A stretch of 64,000 bases of DNA from the NCBI GenBank assembly GCA_963828165.1, contig CAWHDR010000001.1, forward strand, positions 1,408,001-1,472,000. The letters run 5' to 3'. A model generated the notes under the pieces. The model did not search any database. It had not been told where the DNA came from and saw nothing but the letters and a program-made list of their open reading frames with translations. Both the position numbers and the translations under genes were made by a program. This DNA is from an uncultured Chloroflexia bacterium (GTDB lineage: Bacteria > Chloroflexota > Limnocylindria > Limnocylindrales > CSP1-4). Within the stretch, counting starts at the first letter, position 1, and each line of letters opens with the position of its first letter. Shown piece after piece: positions 1 through 7,565 of this stretch.

Positions 1-1
1 C

Positions 2-166
2 CGCGCCCTGTCGCTCGAGGACGAGATCGGCTCCCTCGAGCCCGGCAAGGCGGCCGACCTCGTCATCTGGCGGGTGCCGACGACGGCGCAGATCCCGTAC
101 TACCCGGGCGCGGACCTCGTGCGGACCGTCATCAAGCGCGGTCGGGTGGTCCTCGACCGACCGTGA
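2..166 (+). CDS. hutI: C-terminal fragment of amidohydrolase, probably imidazolonepropionase (partial at window edge)
   Basis: Hand translation RALSLEDEIGSLEPGKAADLVIWRVPTTAQIPYYPGADLVRTVIKRGRVV*; GSLEPGKxADLVIW..IPY is typical of the HutI C-terminus. Confidence 0.7.
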   Translation, partial: RALSLEDEIGSLEPGKAADLVIWRVPTTAQIPYYPGADLVRTVIKRGRVVLDRP

Positions 167-213
167 CGCGACGGTGAGCCGCGGTGGAGGCCGCTGTGCG
201 AGAATCGTCTGGC

Positions 214-888
214 ATGGAGATGACGTGGTACGGCCGGACCTGTGTCCGGTTGCGTGGCAAGGACGCGGTCGTCGTGGCGGATCCGTATCAGGCGGTGGTC
301 GGCCCGACCGGGCGGGGTATCACCGGCGACATCGTGACCTTCAGCCACCCCGATGACGCCCCGCTCGCCAAGGCGAAGGGCAAGACCTCGCGCGATGGCA
401 AGACGCGGCTGCCATCCAGTCTCGACGACGCTTTCGTCCTCGACGGGCCTGGGGAATACGAGGTCAAGCAGGTACTGATGACGGGGATCCGCACCTACCG
501 CGACGACGTCCGCGGGGCGACGAAGGGAAAGAGCGTCTCCTTCGCCGTCGAGATCGACGGCGTGCACACGATCCACCTCGGTGACATCGGGCACCTGCTG
601 TCGGAGGAGAAGCTCGGCGATATCGGGTCGATCGACATCGCCTGCGTCCCGCTTGGCGGGGAGCTCAGCCCGGTCAGCGCCGCGGCGCTCGTCGCCCAGC
701 TGGACCCACGGATCGTGGTGCCCATGCCCCTGTGCGACAACGAGGCGGACTGTGCCGAGGTCCTCGCCAGGTTCTTCCACGAGATGGGCGCCGAGCCGGT
801 GACCCAGCCGAAGCTGTCGGTCACCTCCTCGAGTCTCCCGGTCGAGACGACGACGGTCCTCCTCGAGGCGCGCGGCAAGCAGGTCTGA
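214..888 (+). CDS. MBL-fold metallo-hydrolase (Lactamase_B_3/UlaG-like)
   Basis: MEMTWYGRTCVRL..VVADPY, DGPGEYEV, HLGDIGH, PRIVVPMP motifs. Confidence 0.85.
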   Translation: MEMTWYGRTCVRLRGKDAVVVADPYQAVVGPTGRGITGDIVTFSHPDDAPLAKAKGKTSRDGKTRLPSSLDDAFVLDGPGEYEVKQVLMTGIRTYRDDVRGATKGKSVSFAVEIDGVHTIHLGDIGHLLSEEKLGDIGSIDIACVPLGGELSPVSAAALVAQLDPRIVVPMPLCDNEADCAEVLARFFHEMGAEPVTQPKLSVTSSSLPVETTTVLLEARGKQV

Positions 889-910
889 GACGCGCGCGTC
901 CGAGTCCGGC

Positions 911-991
911 GGACATGGAAAGACCGGAGGCGCCTGCCCAATCGGCGCCCCCGGTCGGAGGGAGGGAGGATGGAACCTCTCGGTTCTGTCC
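911..991 (-). ncRNA. Candidate small regulatory RNA with anti-SD tract and intrinsic terminator
   Basis: Minus strand: -10-like TAGCGT (1004-999), GGACA-GAACC-GAGA-GGTTC hairpin, CATCCTCCCTCCCTCC, then GACCGGGGGCGCC/GGCGCCTCCGGTC stem plus TTT. Confidence 0.55.
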
Positions 992-1100
992 GCTGCCTAC
1001 GCTACGGGTCGGTGATTCACGGTCGAGCCGCCAAGCGATTAAGAAAGCGACATCGACCCCCGGATCTGACCGCCACCGAGCCCGTGCCACAATCCCGCCC

Positions 1101-2366
1101 ATGACCCTCCATGCCCCCAGGCGTCCGCTTGCACTGCTCGCCGCGGCCGCCCTGTTCTTCGCGGCCTGCGATCCGGCCGTGCCCAGCGCCACGCCGACGG
1201 CCAGCCTGTCCGCATCGCCGCAGAGTGCTCCTCCGAGCGCGGTCTCGAGCGCCGCGACGGACGCCATCTACGACACCATCGAGACCCAGGTCCTGGAATT
1301 GCGCGGCCTGAAAGCGGTGGACGTCAAGCGCGAGACCATCGATGAGGAGGCGCTCAAGGCGTTCAACGTCGAGTCGTTCGACGAGGACAACCCGCCGGAC
1401 TACGTCGCCGCCAGCGAGCAGCTGTACAAGGCCTTCGGCCTGATGCAGCCGGAGCAGTCCCTCAGGCAACTGTTCCTCGACCTGATCGACAGCCAGGTCG
1501 CCGGCTTCTACAAGCCGGACGACAAGGCCCTGTACGTCGTCTCGCGAACCGGCACCATCACCGGCGCCGACAAGATCACGTTCGCGCACGAATACGACCA
1601 CGCGTTGCAGGACGCGAGCTTCACGGTGTTCGCGGATCAGAAGGACCTGCTCGACGAGACGGATCGAGCCCTCGCGCGCGCGGCCGTCTACGAAGGGGAC
1701 GCGACGCTGCTCATGGTGCTGTGGGCAGGAGGCAACCTGACCCCCGAGGAGTTCGCCGACGTGCAGGCGGCCGGGGCCGATCCGGAGTCGATGGCGGTCC
1801 TCGCCCGAACCCCCGCGATCCTCGTCGAAAGCCTGCTCTTCCCGTACACGGCCGGCCAGGCCTTCATCCTTCCGGTCCAGACGGCTGGCGGCTGGACCGC
1901 CGTGAACGCCATCTACGACGAGCTGCCTCGCTCGACCGAGCAGATCCTCCACCCCGACAAATATCGAGCGGGCGAGGAGCCGGTCGCGGTCAAGCTGCCG
2001 GCGACGCTCGCGACCGAGATGGGCGACGGCTGGACCGAAGCGATCCAGGACACGTTCGGCGAATTCCAGCTCGGCGTGTGGCTGCGCCAGTCGGGGATCG
2101 CCGCCGGCGACGCGTCCGCCGCGGCCGCCGGATGGGGTGGCGATCGCCTGGCCGTGCTCGATGGTCCGGGTGAGGACTGGGCGGTCGTGATGCGCTCGAG
2201 CTGGGACACCGATGAGGACGCCACGGCCTTCCGGCAAGCGGCCGGTGACGCCGTCACGGGCGTGCCGCACCCGGGCACCGTCATCGCCGATGGCCGTGAC
2301 GTCACGGTCGTCTTCGCCGCAGCCGACGACATCCTCGACCGCGCGGTCGAGGCGGCCGGCTACTAG
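1101..2366 (+). CDS. Lipoprotein with zincin-like HExxH motif (putative surface metallopeptidase-like protein)
   Basis: Lipobox LFFAAC after hydrophobic signal; AGFY..., FAHEYDHALQD, EGDATL, FPYxxG, STEQILHPDKY, AAAGWGGDR motifs; start chosen at ATG 1101. Confidence 0.75.
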   Translation: MTLHAPRRPLALLAAAALFFAACDPAVPSATPTASLSASPQSAPPSAVSSAATDAIYDTIETQVLELRGLKAVDVKRETIDEEALKAFNVESFDEDNPPDYVAASEQLYKAFGLMQPEQSLRQLFLDLIDSQVAGFYKPDDKALYVVSRTGTITGADKITFAHEYDHALQDASFTVFADQKDLLDETDRALARAAVYEGDATLLMVLWAGGNLTPEEFADVQAAGADPESMAVLARTPAILVESLLFPYTAGQAFILPVQTAGGWTAVNAIYDELPRSTEQILHPDKYRAGEEPVAVKLPATLATEMGDGWTEAIQDTFGEFQLGVWLRQSGIAAGDASAAAAGWGGDRLAVLDGPGEDWAVVMRSSWDTDEDATAFRQAAGDAVTGVPHPGTVIADGRDVTVVFAAADDILDRAVEAAGY

Positions 2367-2392
2367 CCGAACCGTCTGCCCTCTGCCGCCGC

Positions 2393-4111
2393 CTACATCG
2401 ACTCGGGCGCGGAGATCCCCAGGAGCCCCAGCGTCCGCGCGAGCGTGACCTGGGCGGCCCGTGCGAGCGCGAGCCTTGCCACGGAGCGCTCCGGCTCGTC
2501 GGGATCGACCACGCGGGCGTCGCGGTAGAAGGCATGGAAGGCGGTCGCGAGCTCGATTGCGTAGGCGGTGACGCCCTGGGTCTCTTCCCCGACGACCGCG
2601 TCCTCCACGACCTCGGGGAAGCGAACGATCGCGCGCGCGAGCGCGGCCTCCGGCCCTCCCCCGAGCGTGCCGGCCACCGATGACGCCGGCGCCATGCCCG
2701 CGTCGGAGGCCTTGCGCAGGATCGAGGCGATCCGGGCGTGGGCGTATTGGACGTAGTAGACGGGCAGCTTGCTGGCCTCCTCGTGGTCGCCTCGCTCCAG
2801 GGCTTCGCGCAGGCCGCGCATCTGCTCGATGTCGAAGTCGATGCTGGTCGTCGCCGCGCGCGAGGCGAAGAACCAGCGTGCGGCATCCACCCCGACCTCG
2901 GCCAGGAGCTCGTCGAGCGTGATGAACGCGCCGGCTCGCTTCGACATCGACACGTCTTCGCCGTTGCGCACGAAGCGCACCCAGGCATAGAGGAGCATCT
3001 GCACCCTCGTGGGGTCGTAGCCCATCGCCTGGGCGGCGTTGCGGACACGCGCGACGGTGCCGTGGTGATCGGCCCCCCAGACGTAGATCACGTGATCGAA
3101 GCCACGGCTGAACTTCTCGGTCACGTAGCCGATGTCGGCCGCGAAGTACGTCGGCTCGCCGTTCGATCGGATGATCACCCGGTCCTTGTCGTCGCCGAAG
3201 GCGGTGGACCTGAACCAGATCGCGCCGTCCCCCTCGAACACATGCCCGTTCTCGCGCAGGCGCTCGACCGCACGTTCGACCCAGCCCTCGTCATGTAACG
3301 AGGCCTCGGTCTTCCAGACATCGAACCGGACACCGAGTTGCGCCAGGCTTGCCTCGATGCCCTGCCGCACGATGCCCGCGGCCCAATGGCCGATGATCGA
3401 CGGCGCGTCCGCGTCCGCCGCGTTCGCGGCTTCCCAGATCTCAGGCGGCACCTTCGGAACAAGATCGTCGACGTACGCGCCGTGATAGCCATCCTCGGGC
3501 ACCCGCTCGCCCTGTTTGAGCGCGACGATCGATGCGCCGAGGTTGGGAATCTGCCCTCCGACGTCGTTGAAGTAGTACTCGCGTGTCACGTCCTGGCCCC
3601 CGGCCTCGAGGACACGGCTCAGGAGGTCTCCGATGAACGCGCCGCGCGCGTTCCCGATCGTCAGCGGCCCGGTCGGGTTGGCCGACACGAACTCCACATT
3701 GACCTTGCGTGGCCCGGTCGGGCTCACCCGTCCCCAGGCATCGGGCGCATCGAGGATGCCGTCGATCATGGCCGCCAGGGCGTCGGGCCGCAGCCGGATG
3801 TTCATGAAGCCGGGCTTGGCGACCTCGACCGCTTCGATCGGGGAGTCGGAGCCTGTTTCCCCGGCGTCACGAACGAGCTTTGCGGCCAGGAGCGTGGCGA
3901 GCTCGAGCGGCGAGCGCTGATATGGCCGCGCGAGCTTCATGGCGAGGTTGCTGGCGAGATCGCCGTGCGCCGGGTTGGCCGGGCGCTCCACCTCGATCGA
4001 GGGACTTGGGACACCCTCGGACAGAGGCGGCAGGGCGCCGGACTCGATCGCGGCGGCCCACGCGCGCTCCAACGCGGCGCGGACCTGGCTGCGCAGCGGA
4101 GCGGGGATCAA
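2393..4111 (-). CDS. argS: Arginine--tRNA ligase
   Basis: HGDLASNLAM, VEFVSANPTGPL, REYYFND, YFAADI, WGADHHG, MSKRAG, YYVQYAHARI; TTG start at 4111 with GGAGG upstream. Confidence 0.97.
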   Translation of the reverse strand: MIPAPLRSQVRAALERAWAAAIESGALPPLSEGVPSPSIEVERPANPAHGDLASNLAMKLARPYQRSPLELATLLAAKLVRDAGETGSDSPIEAVEVAKPGFMNIRLRPDALAAMIDGILDAPDAWGRVSPTGPRKVNVEFVSANPTGPLTIGNARGAFIGDLLSRVLEAGGQDVTREYYFNDVGGQIPNLGASIVALKQGERVPEDGYHGAYVDDLVPKVPPEIWEAANAADADAPSIIGHWAAGIVRQGIEASLAQLGVRFDVWKTEASLHDEGWVERAVERLRENGHVFEGDGAIWFRSTAFGDDKDRVIIRSNGEPTYFAADIGYVTEKFSRGFDHVIYVWGADHHGTVARVRNAAQAMGYDPTRVQMLLYAWVRFVRNGEDVSMSKRAGAFITLDELLAEVGVDAARWFFASRAATTSIDFDIEQMRGLREALERGDHEEASKLPVYYVQYAHARIASILRKASDAGMAPASSVAGTLGGGPEAALARAIVRFPEVVEDAVVGEETQGVTAYAIELATAFHAFYRDARVVDPDEPERSVARLALARAAQVTLARTLGLLGISAPESM

Positions 4112-4407
4112 GGGGGCGTGTCCTCCGGGTGATGGGTGGGCGCCCCAATCGTACCGGGGCAGCCCGGTGCCTGGAGTACCAGGGCTCCCAGGACCCTGAT
4201 GGTGCGTGGACGCACCGGTTTCCGGCCACGCTGGGCGGAGGCTGATAGTCCGGTTGGGTCCCGACCATCCGTCGGTACTAGACCGAGGGGTACCTGCCGT
4301 GCAACTATCGGTCCACGTCGTTCCGGTGAACGGACGTTCAGGAAAGCCACCGGAAGGCAGCACTCATTTCATCCGAGGCCATCGCGCCTCTGTTCGGGGA
4401 CCATCAC

Positions 4408-5901
4408 ATGTTGTACTCGCGATCTCGCACGCGCCACCGCCTTGCCCGACGCCTGTCGTGGCTTGTCATCGCCTCGCTCACATCCGTGGCGCTGTTCGCG
4501 CCCGGCACCCTTTCGGTGTCGGCTGCCTCGGTCGCCCCGATCTACCTGCCCGCCGACATCGATGGCGACGGCAAGAACGACAGCAACCCGACCTGTGCGG
4601 ACCTCGACGGTCTGTACGGCGGCACCCAGACCTGGGCCGAGCTCGAGAAGATCAACGGGATGCCGGCCAACGGCACGTACGGTGAGATCACGATCTCCGG
4701 CGTCGCGGGCCAGACCTTCAGCTGGAGCTCGACCGTCGGTGTTGACGCCGTCCTGGTCAAGGCCGGCAGCGACAACCACGCGCTCTACGTCTATGCGCCC
4801 ACCGCCGGGTCAGCCGAGTGGTTCAGCGATACGAACCTGACGCATGGCCCGAGCCAGCAGGGCACGAGCCACGTGACCTTCTGCTACGACACCTCGAACC
4901 CGCGGCCGACCGAGGCTCCGACCAACCCGCCGACCGAGGCCCCGACGGAAGCCCCGACGGAAGCCCCCACGGAAGCCCCCACGGAAGCCCCCACGGAAGC
5001 CCCCACGGAAGCCCCCACGGAAGCCCCCACGGAAGCCCCGACTGAGGCTCCGACTGAGGCTCCGACGGAAGCCCCGACGGAAGCCCCGACTGAGGCACCG
5101 ACGGAAGCTCCGACTGAGGCGCCGACCGAGGCGCCCACGGAAGCTCCGACCGAGGCCCCCACGGAAGCTCCGACCGAGGCCCCCACGGACGCTCCGACCG
5201 AGGCTCCGACCGAGGCCCCCACGGAGGCTCCGACCGAGGCCCCCACGGAAGCTCCGACCGAGGCCCCCACGGAAGCTCCGACCGAGGCTCCGAACGAAGC
5301 CAGCATCCTGATCGCGAAGCTCGACAGCCGCGGCACGGATACGTCCGAAGATGACGTCCTCCTTGACGGCGCTTCCTTCGAGGTCTATCTCGACGACGGC
5401 GACGCGGCATTCGACGACGGTGACGAGCTCGTGTTCGGCGCCGCGGCGACCTCCGAAGGCATGCTGGACACTGACCTGCTCCAGGCGGGCTGGTACTGGA
5501 TCGTCGAAGTCGTGGTGCCCGAGGGCTACACCGGAAGCGACCCGATCCTGGTCGAGCTCAATACCGATCCGTCCATCACCTGCATCTGGGACTCGCACGG
5601 CCTGATCGAGTGCGAGGACAGCGAGGGCAACGTCGACGACCTGAGCTGGACGATCGTCCTCGTGGACAACACGCCCGTCTCGGCTCCGACCGAAGCTCCG
5701 ACCGGTGGCGTCGGTGGCGCAACGGGTACGCCGGGCGCCGGTGTCACCCTTCCGCCGACCGACACGCTGTCCGGTGGACCAGAAGGCCTGGCCGGCGACG
5801 GCTGGCGCCTCATCCTCCTCGCCATGGCCGGTCTCATGGCCGCCGCCCTCCTCGTGACCCCGGCAACGGTCGTGGTCCGGCGGGACGACAAGCTCGACTG
5901 A
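4408..5901 (+). CDS. Secreted surface protein: N-terminal disulfide domain, PTEA stalk, SpaA/prealbumin-like domain, C-terminal LPPTD-TM-basic tail
   Basis: Signal peptide; ~33 PTEA units; IAKLD..LDGASFEVY..GWYWIVEVVVPEGY resembles a SpaA/CnaB domain; TLPPTDTL...WRLILLAMAG...VTP...RR. Confidence 0.85.
   Translation: MLYSRSRTRHRLARRLSWLVIASLTSVALFAPGTLSVSAASVAPIYLPADIDGDGKNDSNPTCADLDGLYGGTQTWAELEKINGMPANGTYGEITISGVAGQTFSWSSTVGVDAVLVKAGSDNHALYVYAPTAGSAEWFSDTNLTHGPSQQGTSHVTFCYDTSNPRPTEAPTNPPTEAPTEAPTEAPTEAPTEAPTEAPTEAPTEAPTEAPTEAPTEAPTEAPTEAPTEAPTEAPTEAPTEAPTEAPTEAPTEAPTEAPTDAPTEAPTEAPTEAPTEAPTEAPTEAPTEAPTEAPNEASILIAKLDSRGTDTSEDDVLLDGASFEVYLDDGDAAFDDGDELVFGAAATSEGMLDTDLLQAGWYWIVEVVVPEGYTGSDPILVELNTDPSITCIWDSHGLIECEDSEGNVDDLSWTIVLVDNTPVSAPTEAPTGGVGGATGTPGAGVTLPPTDTLSGGPEGLAGDGWRLILLAMAGLMAAALLVTPATVVVRRDDKLD
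4906..5301 (+). repeat. 12-bp tandem coding repeat (PTEA) x ~33
   Basis: Units ccgaccgaggct / cccacggaagcc etc. Confidence 0.95.
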
Positions 5902-5944
5902 CCTCCAAGGTGCGCTCACGCGCATCCGCAGTCCCCGAACACCG

Positions 5945-5984
5945 ACGGCCGTCGGGTCCCGAAAGGGCCCGGCGGTCGTTCTTT
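5945..5984 (+). terminator. Intrinsic terminator
   Basis: acggccgtcgggtccc-gaaa-gggcccggcggtcgt followed by tcttt. Confidence 0.8.
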
Positions 5985-6264
5985 GATGCCCGTCGCGGTC
6001 CCAGGCCGACGATGTCCGCGGATTGACGGCATCACGGTCAGCGCGATGACCGGTCGTGCATGATCGGGGCGGGGGTTGTTGCGGGTTCGCACCGAAATAG
6101 GACCGATGGCTGGCCTGGTGGGCGTTTTGATAGGAGATAGGTACTAGACGGCCGCCTCGGGGCGTGCCACCATCCGCCACCTCGACGTGTCGGTCCTGGG
6201 GGGACCGGGCGGTCGGCATCAATCGAATCGAGGCGTTCCGCCTCCTCGTGTGGGGACCTATCGA

Positions 6265-7128
6265 ATGAATCCTGTTTCGCGTCAACGCACCTGGCTGGCA
6301 CGTCGGCTCGGATGGTTCGCCGTCGCCGGATTGGTGGCCGCCTCCTTCGCCCCGTCCGCATTCGCCGCGACGGTCATCACCCACCCCACCGGCAATCCGG
6401 ATTGCGGGGATCTGGGCTATTCGCTGACCTTCAAGATCGACACCGGCGATCTCGAGGAGCGCACCTACGAGTGGGATGAGGGCAACCCCGTCGACTCCGA
6501 CTGGGACGGCCAGTCCATCACGATCTCCGACCTCTCGGACGACGGCCAGACGTTCAGCTGGACGTCGACCCTCCCGGTCTCGGCGGTCCTGGTGAAGGCC
6601 GGCACCGACAACCACAATCTGTACTCCTACAACCCGCCAGTCCTGGGTGACGACGGCCTCACGCACGGGGATGACCAGCAGGGCATCAGCCATGTGTCGT
6701 TCTGCGGAAACCCACCCCCGGAGCCCACGGAGGCACCGACCGAGGCTCCGACGAACCCGCCGACCGACGCGCCGACCGACGCCCCGACCGACGCCCCGAC
6801 CAACCCGCCGACCGAGGCTCCGACGGAAGCGCCGACTGAGGCTCCGACGGAAGCTCCGACCGAGGCTCCGACCGAGGCCCCGACGGAGGCTCCGACCGAG
6901 GCCCCGACGGAGGCTCCGACCGAGGCCCCGACCGGTGGCGTTGGTGGTGCGACGGGCACGCCGGCGGGCGCAACGACCGGAACAACGTTGCCGCCGACCG
7001 ACACGCTTGGTGATCCGGCCAAGGCCCCCGGCAACGATGCCTGGAGGCTCGTCCTCCTGGCTCTCGCCGGCACCCTTGCCGGAGCCCTCCTGCTGACCCC
7101 GGCCCGCTCCGTCCGCAAGGACCGCTGA
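6265..7128 (+). CDS. Secreted surface protein, paralog of 4408..5901 (disulfide domain, PTEA stalk, LPPTD-TM-basic tail)
   Basis: Signal peptide ending AFA; shares GQTFSW.ST..V.AVLVKAG.DNH.LY.Y and THG...QG.SHV.FC with the upstream gene; TLPPTDTL tail. Confidence 0.85.
   Translation: MNPVSRQRTWLARRLGWFAVAGLVAASFAPSAFAATVITHPTGNPDCGDLGYSLTFKIDTGDLEERTYEWDEGNPVDSDWDGQSITISDLSDDGQTFSWTSTLPVSAVLVKAGTDNHNLYSYNPPVLGDDGLTHGDDQQGISHVSFCGNPPPEPTEAPTEAPTNPPTDAPTDAPTDAPTNPPTEAPTEAPTEAPTEAPTEAPTEAPTEAPTEAPTEAPTEAPTGGVGGATGTPAGATTGTTLPPTDTLGDPAKAPGNDAWRLVLLALAGTLAGALLLTPARSVRKDR
6724..6933 (+). repeat. 12-bp tandem coding repeat (PTEA/PTDA/PTNP) x ~17
   Basis: Repeated ccgaccgaggc(t/c) units. Confidence 0.9.
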
Positions 7129-7161
7129 CCGGAGGTGCGCAGGGCGCACCGATCGAACGAC

Positions 7162-7201
7162 GAGAGACCGCCGGATCCCCACGGACCGGCGGTCTCTCTT
7201 T
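7162..7201 (+). terminator. Intrinsic terminator
   Basis: gagagaccgccgg ... ccggcggtctctc followed by ttt. Confidence 0.85.
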
Positions 7202-7565
7202 GCGTCCCATGGAGGGTCGATCGCGGGGCCGCGACGTCGTGGACTGCGCCTCCAGATCGCCGGGCCCACGCCCAGATGGGGTACCAGGACCCTCGTTGCG
7301 AGCCTGCACCGGAACCGAGGATGCGGTCTTGTGCGGTCCGCGCGGATTGGGGCTCTTGAGGGTCAGACCTGACCAGTATCAATGGGCCACCCTGGTCCAT
7401 ACGATGCCGGCAATTGGTCCTGTGTCCGCCTGGTACTAACGCCCATGGACACAGGCGCGGTCTCGGACCGCAGCCATCATCGGCGCCCTTGGCGCCAGCC
7501 GCCGCAGCGCCCTGTCAAGGCGCCGAGCACAGCAGAGGGTCGGGGGACCAGAAGGGATCAAGCCG

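Noticed and set aside
970-1104. Plus-strand small ORF after GGAGGGAGG (MEPLGSVRC...)
   Set aside because: SD abuts the ATG with no spacing and codon usage is atypical; better explained as the reverse complement of the sRNA anti-SD tract
4300-4365. c-di-GMP-I riboswitch (GGAAAGCCACCGG resembles GCAAAGCC.CCGG)
   Set aside because: Lacks the GGCAAA..GAAA P2 stem and downstream conserved elements
4906-5301. Long tandem repeat as possible CRISPR array or DGR-like element
   Set aside because: Contiguous 12-bp units without spacers, varying at synonymous positions and in frame within a CDS; no cas or RT genes
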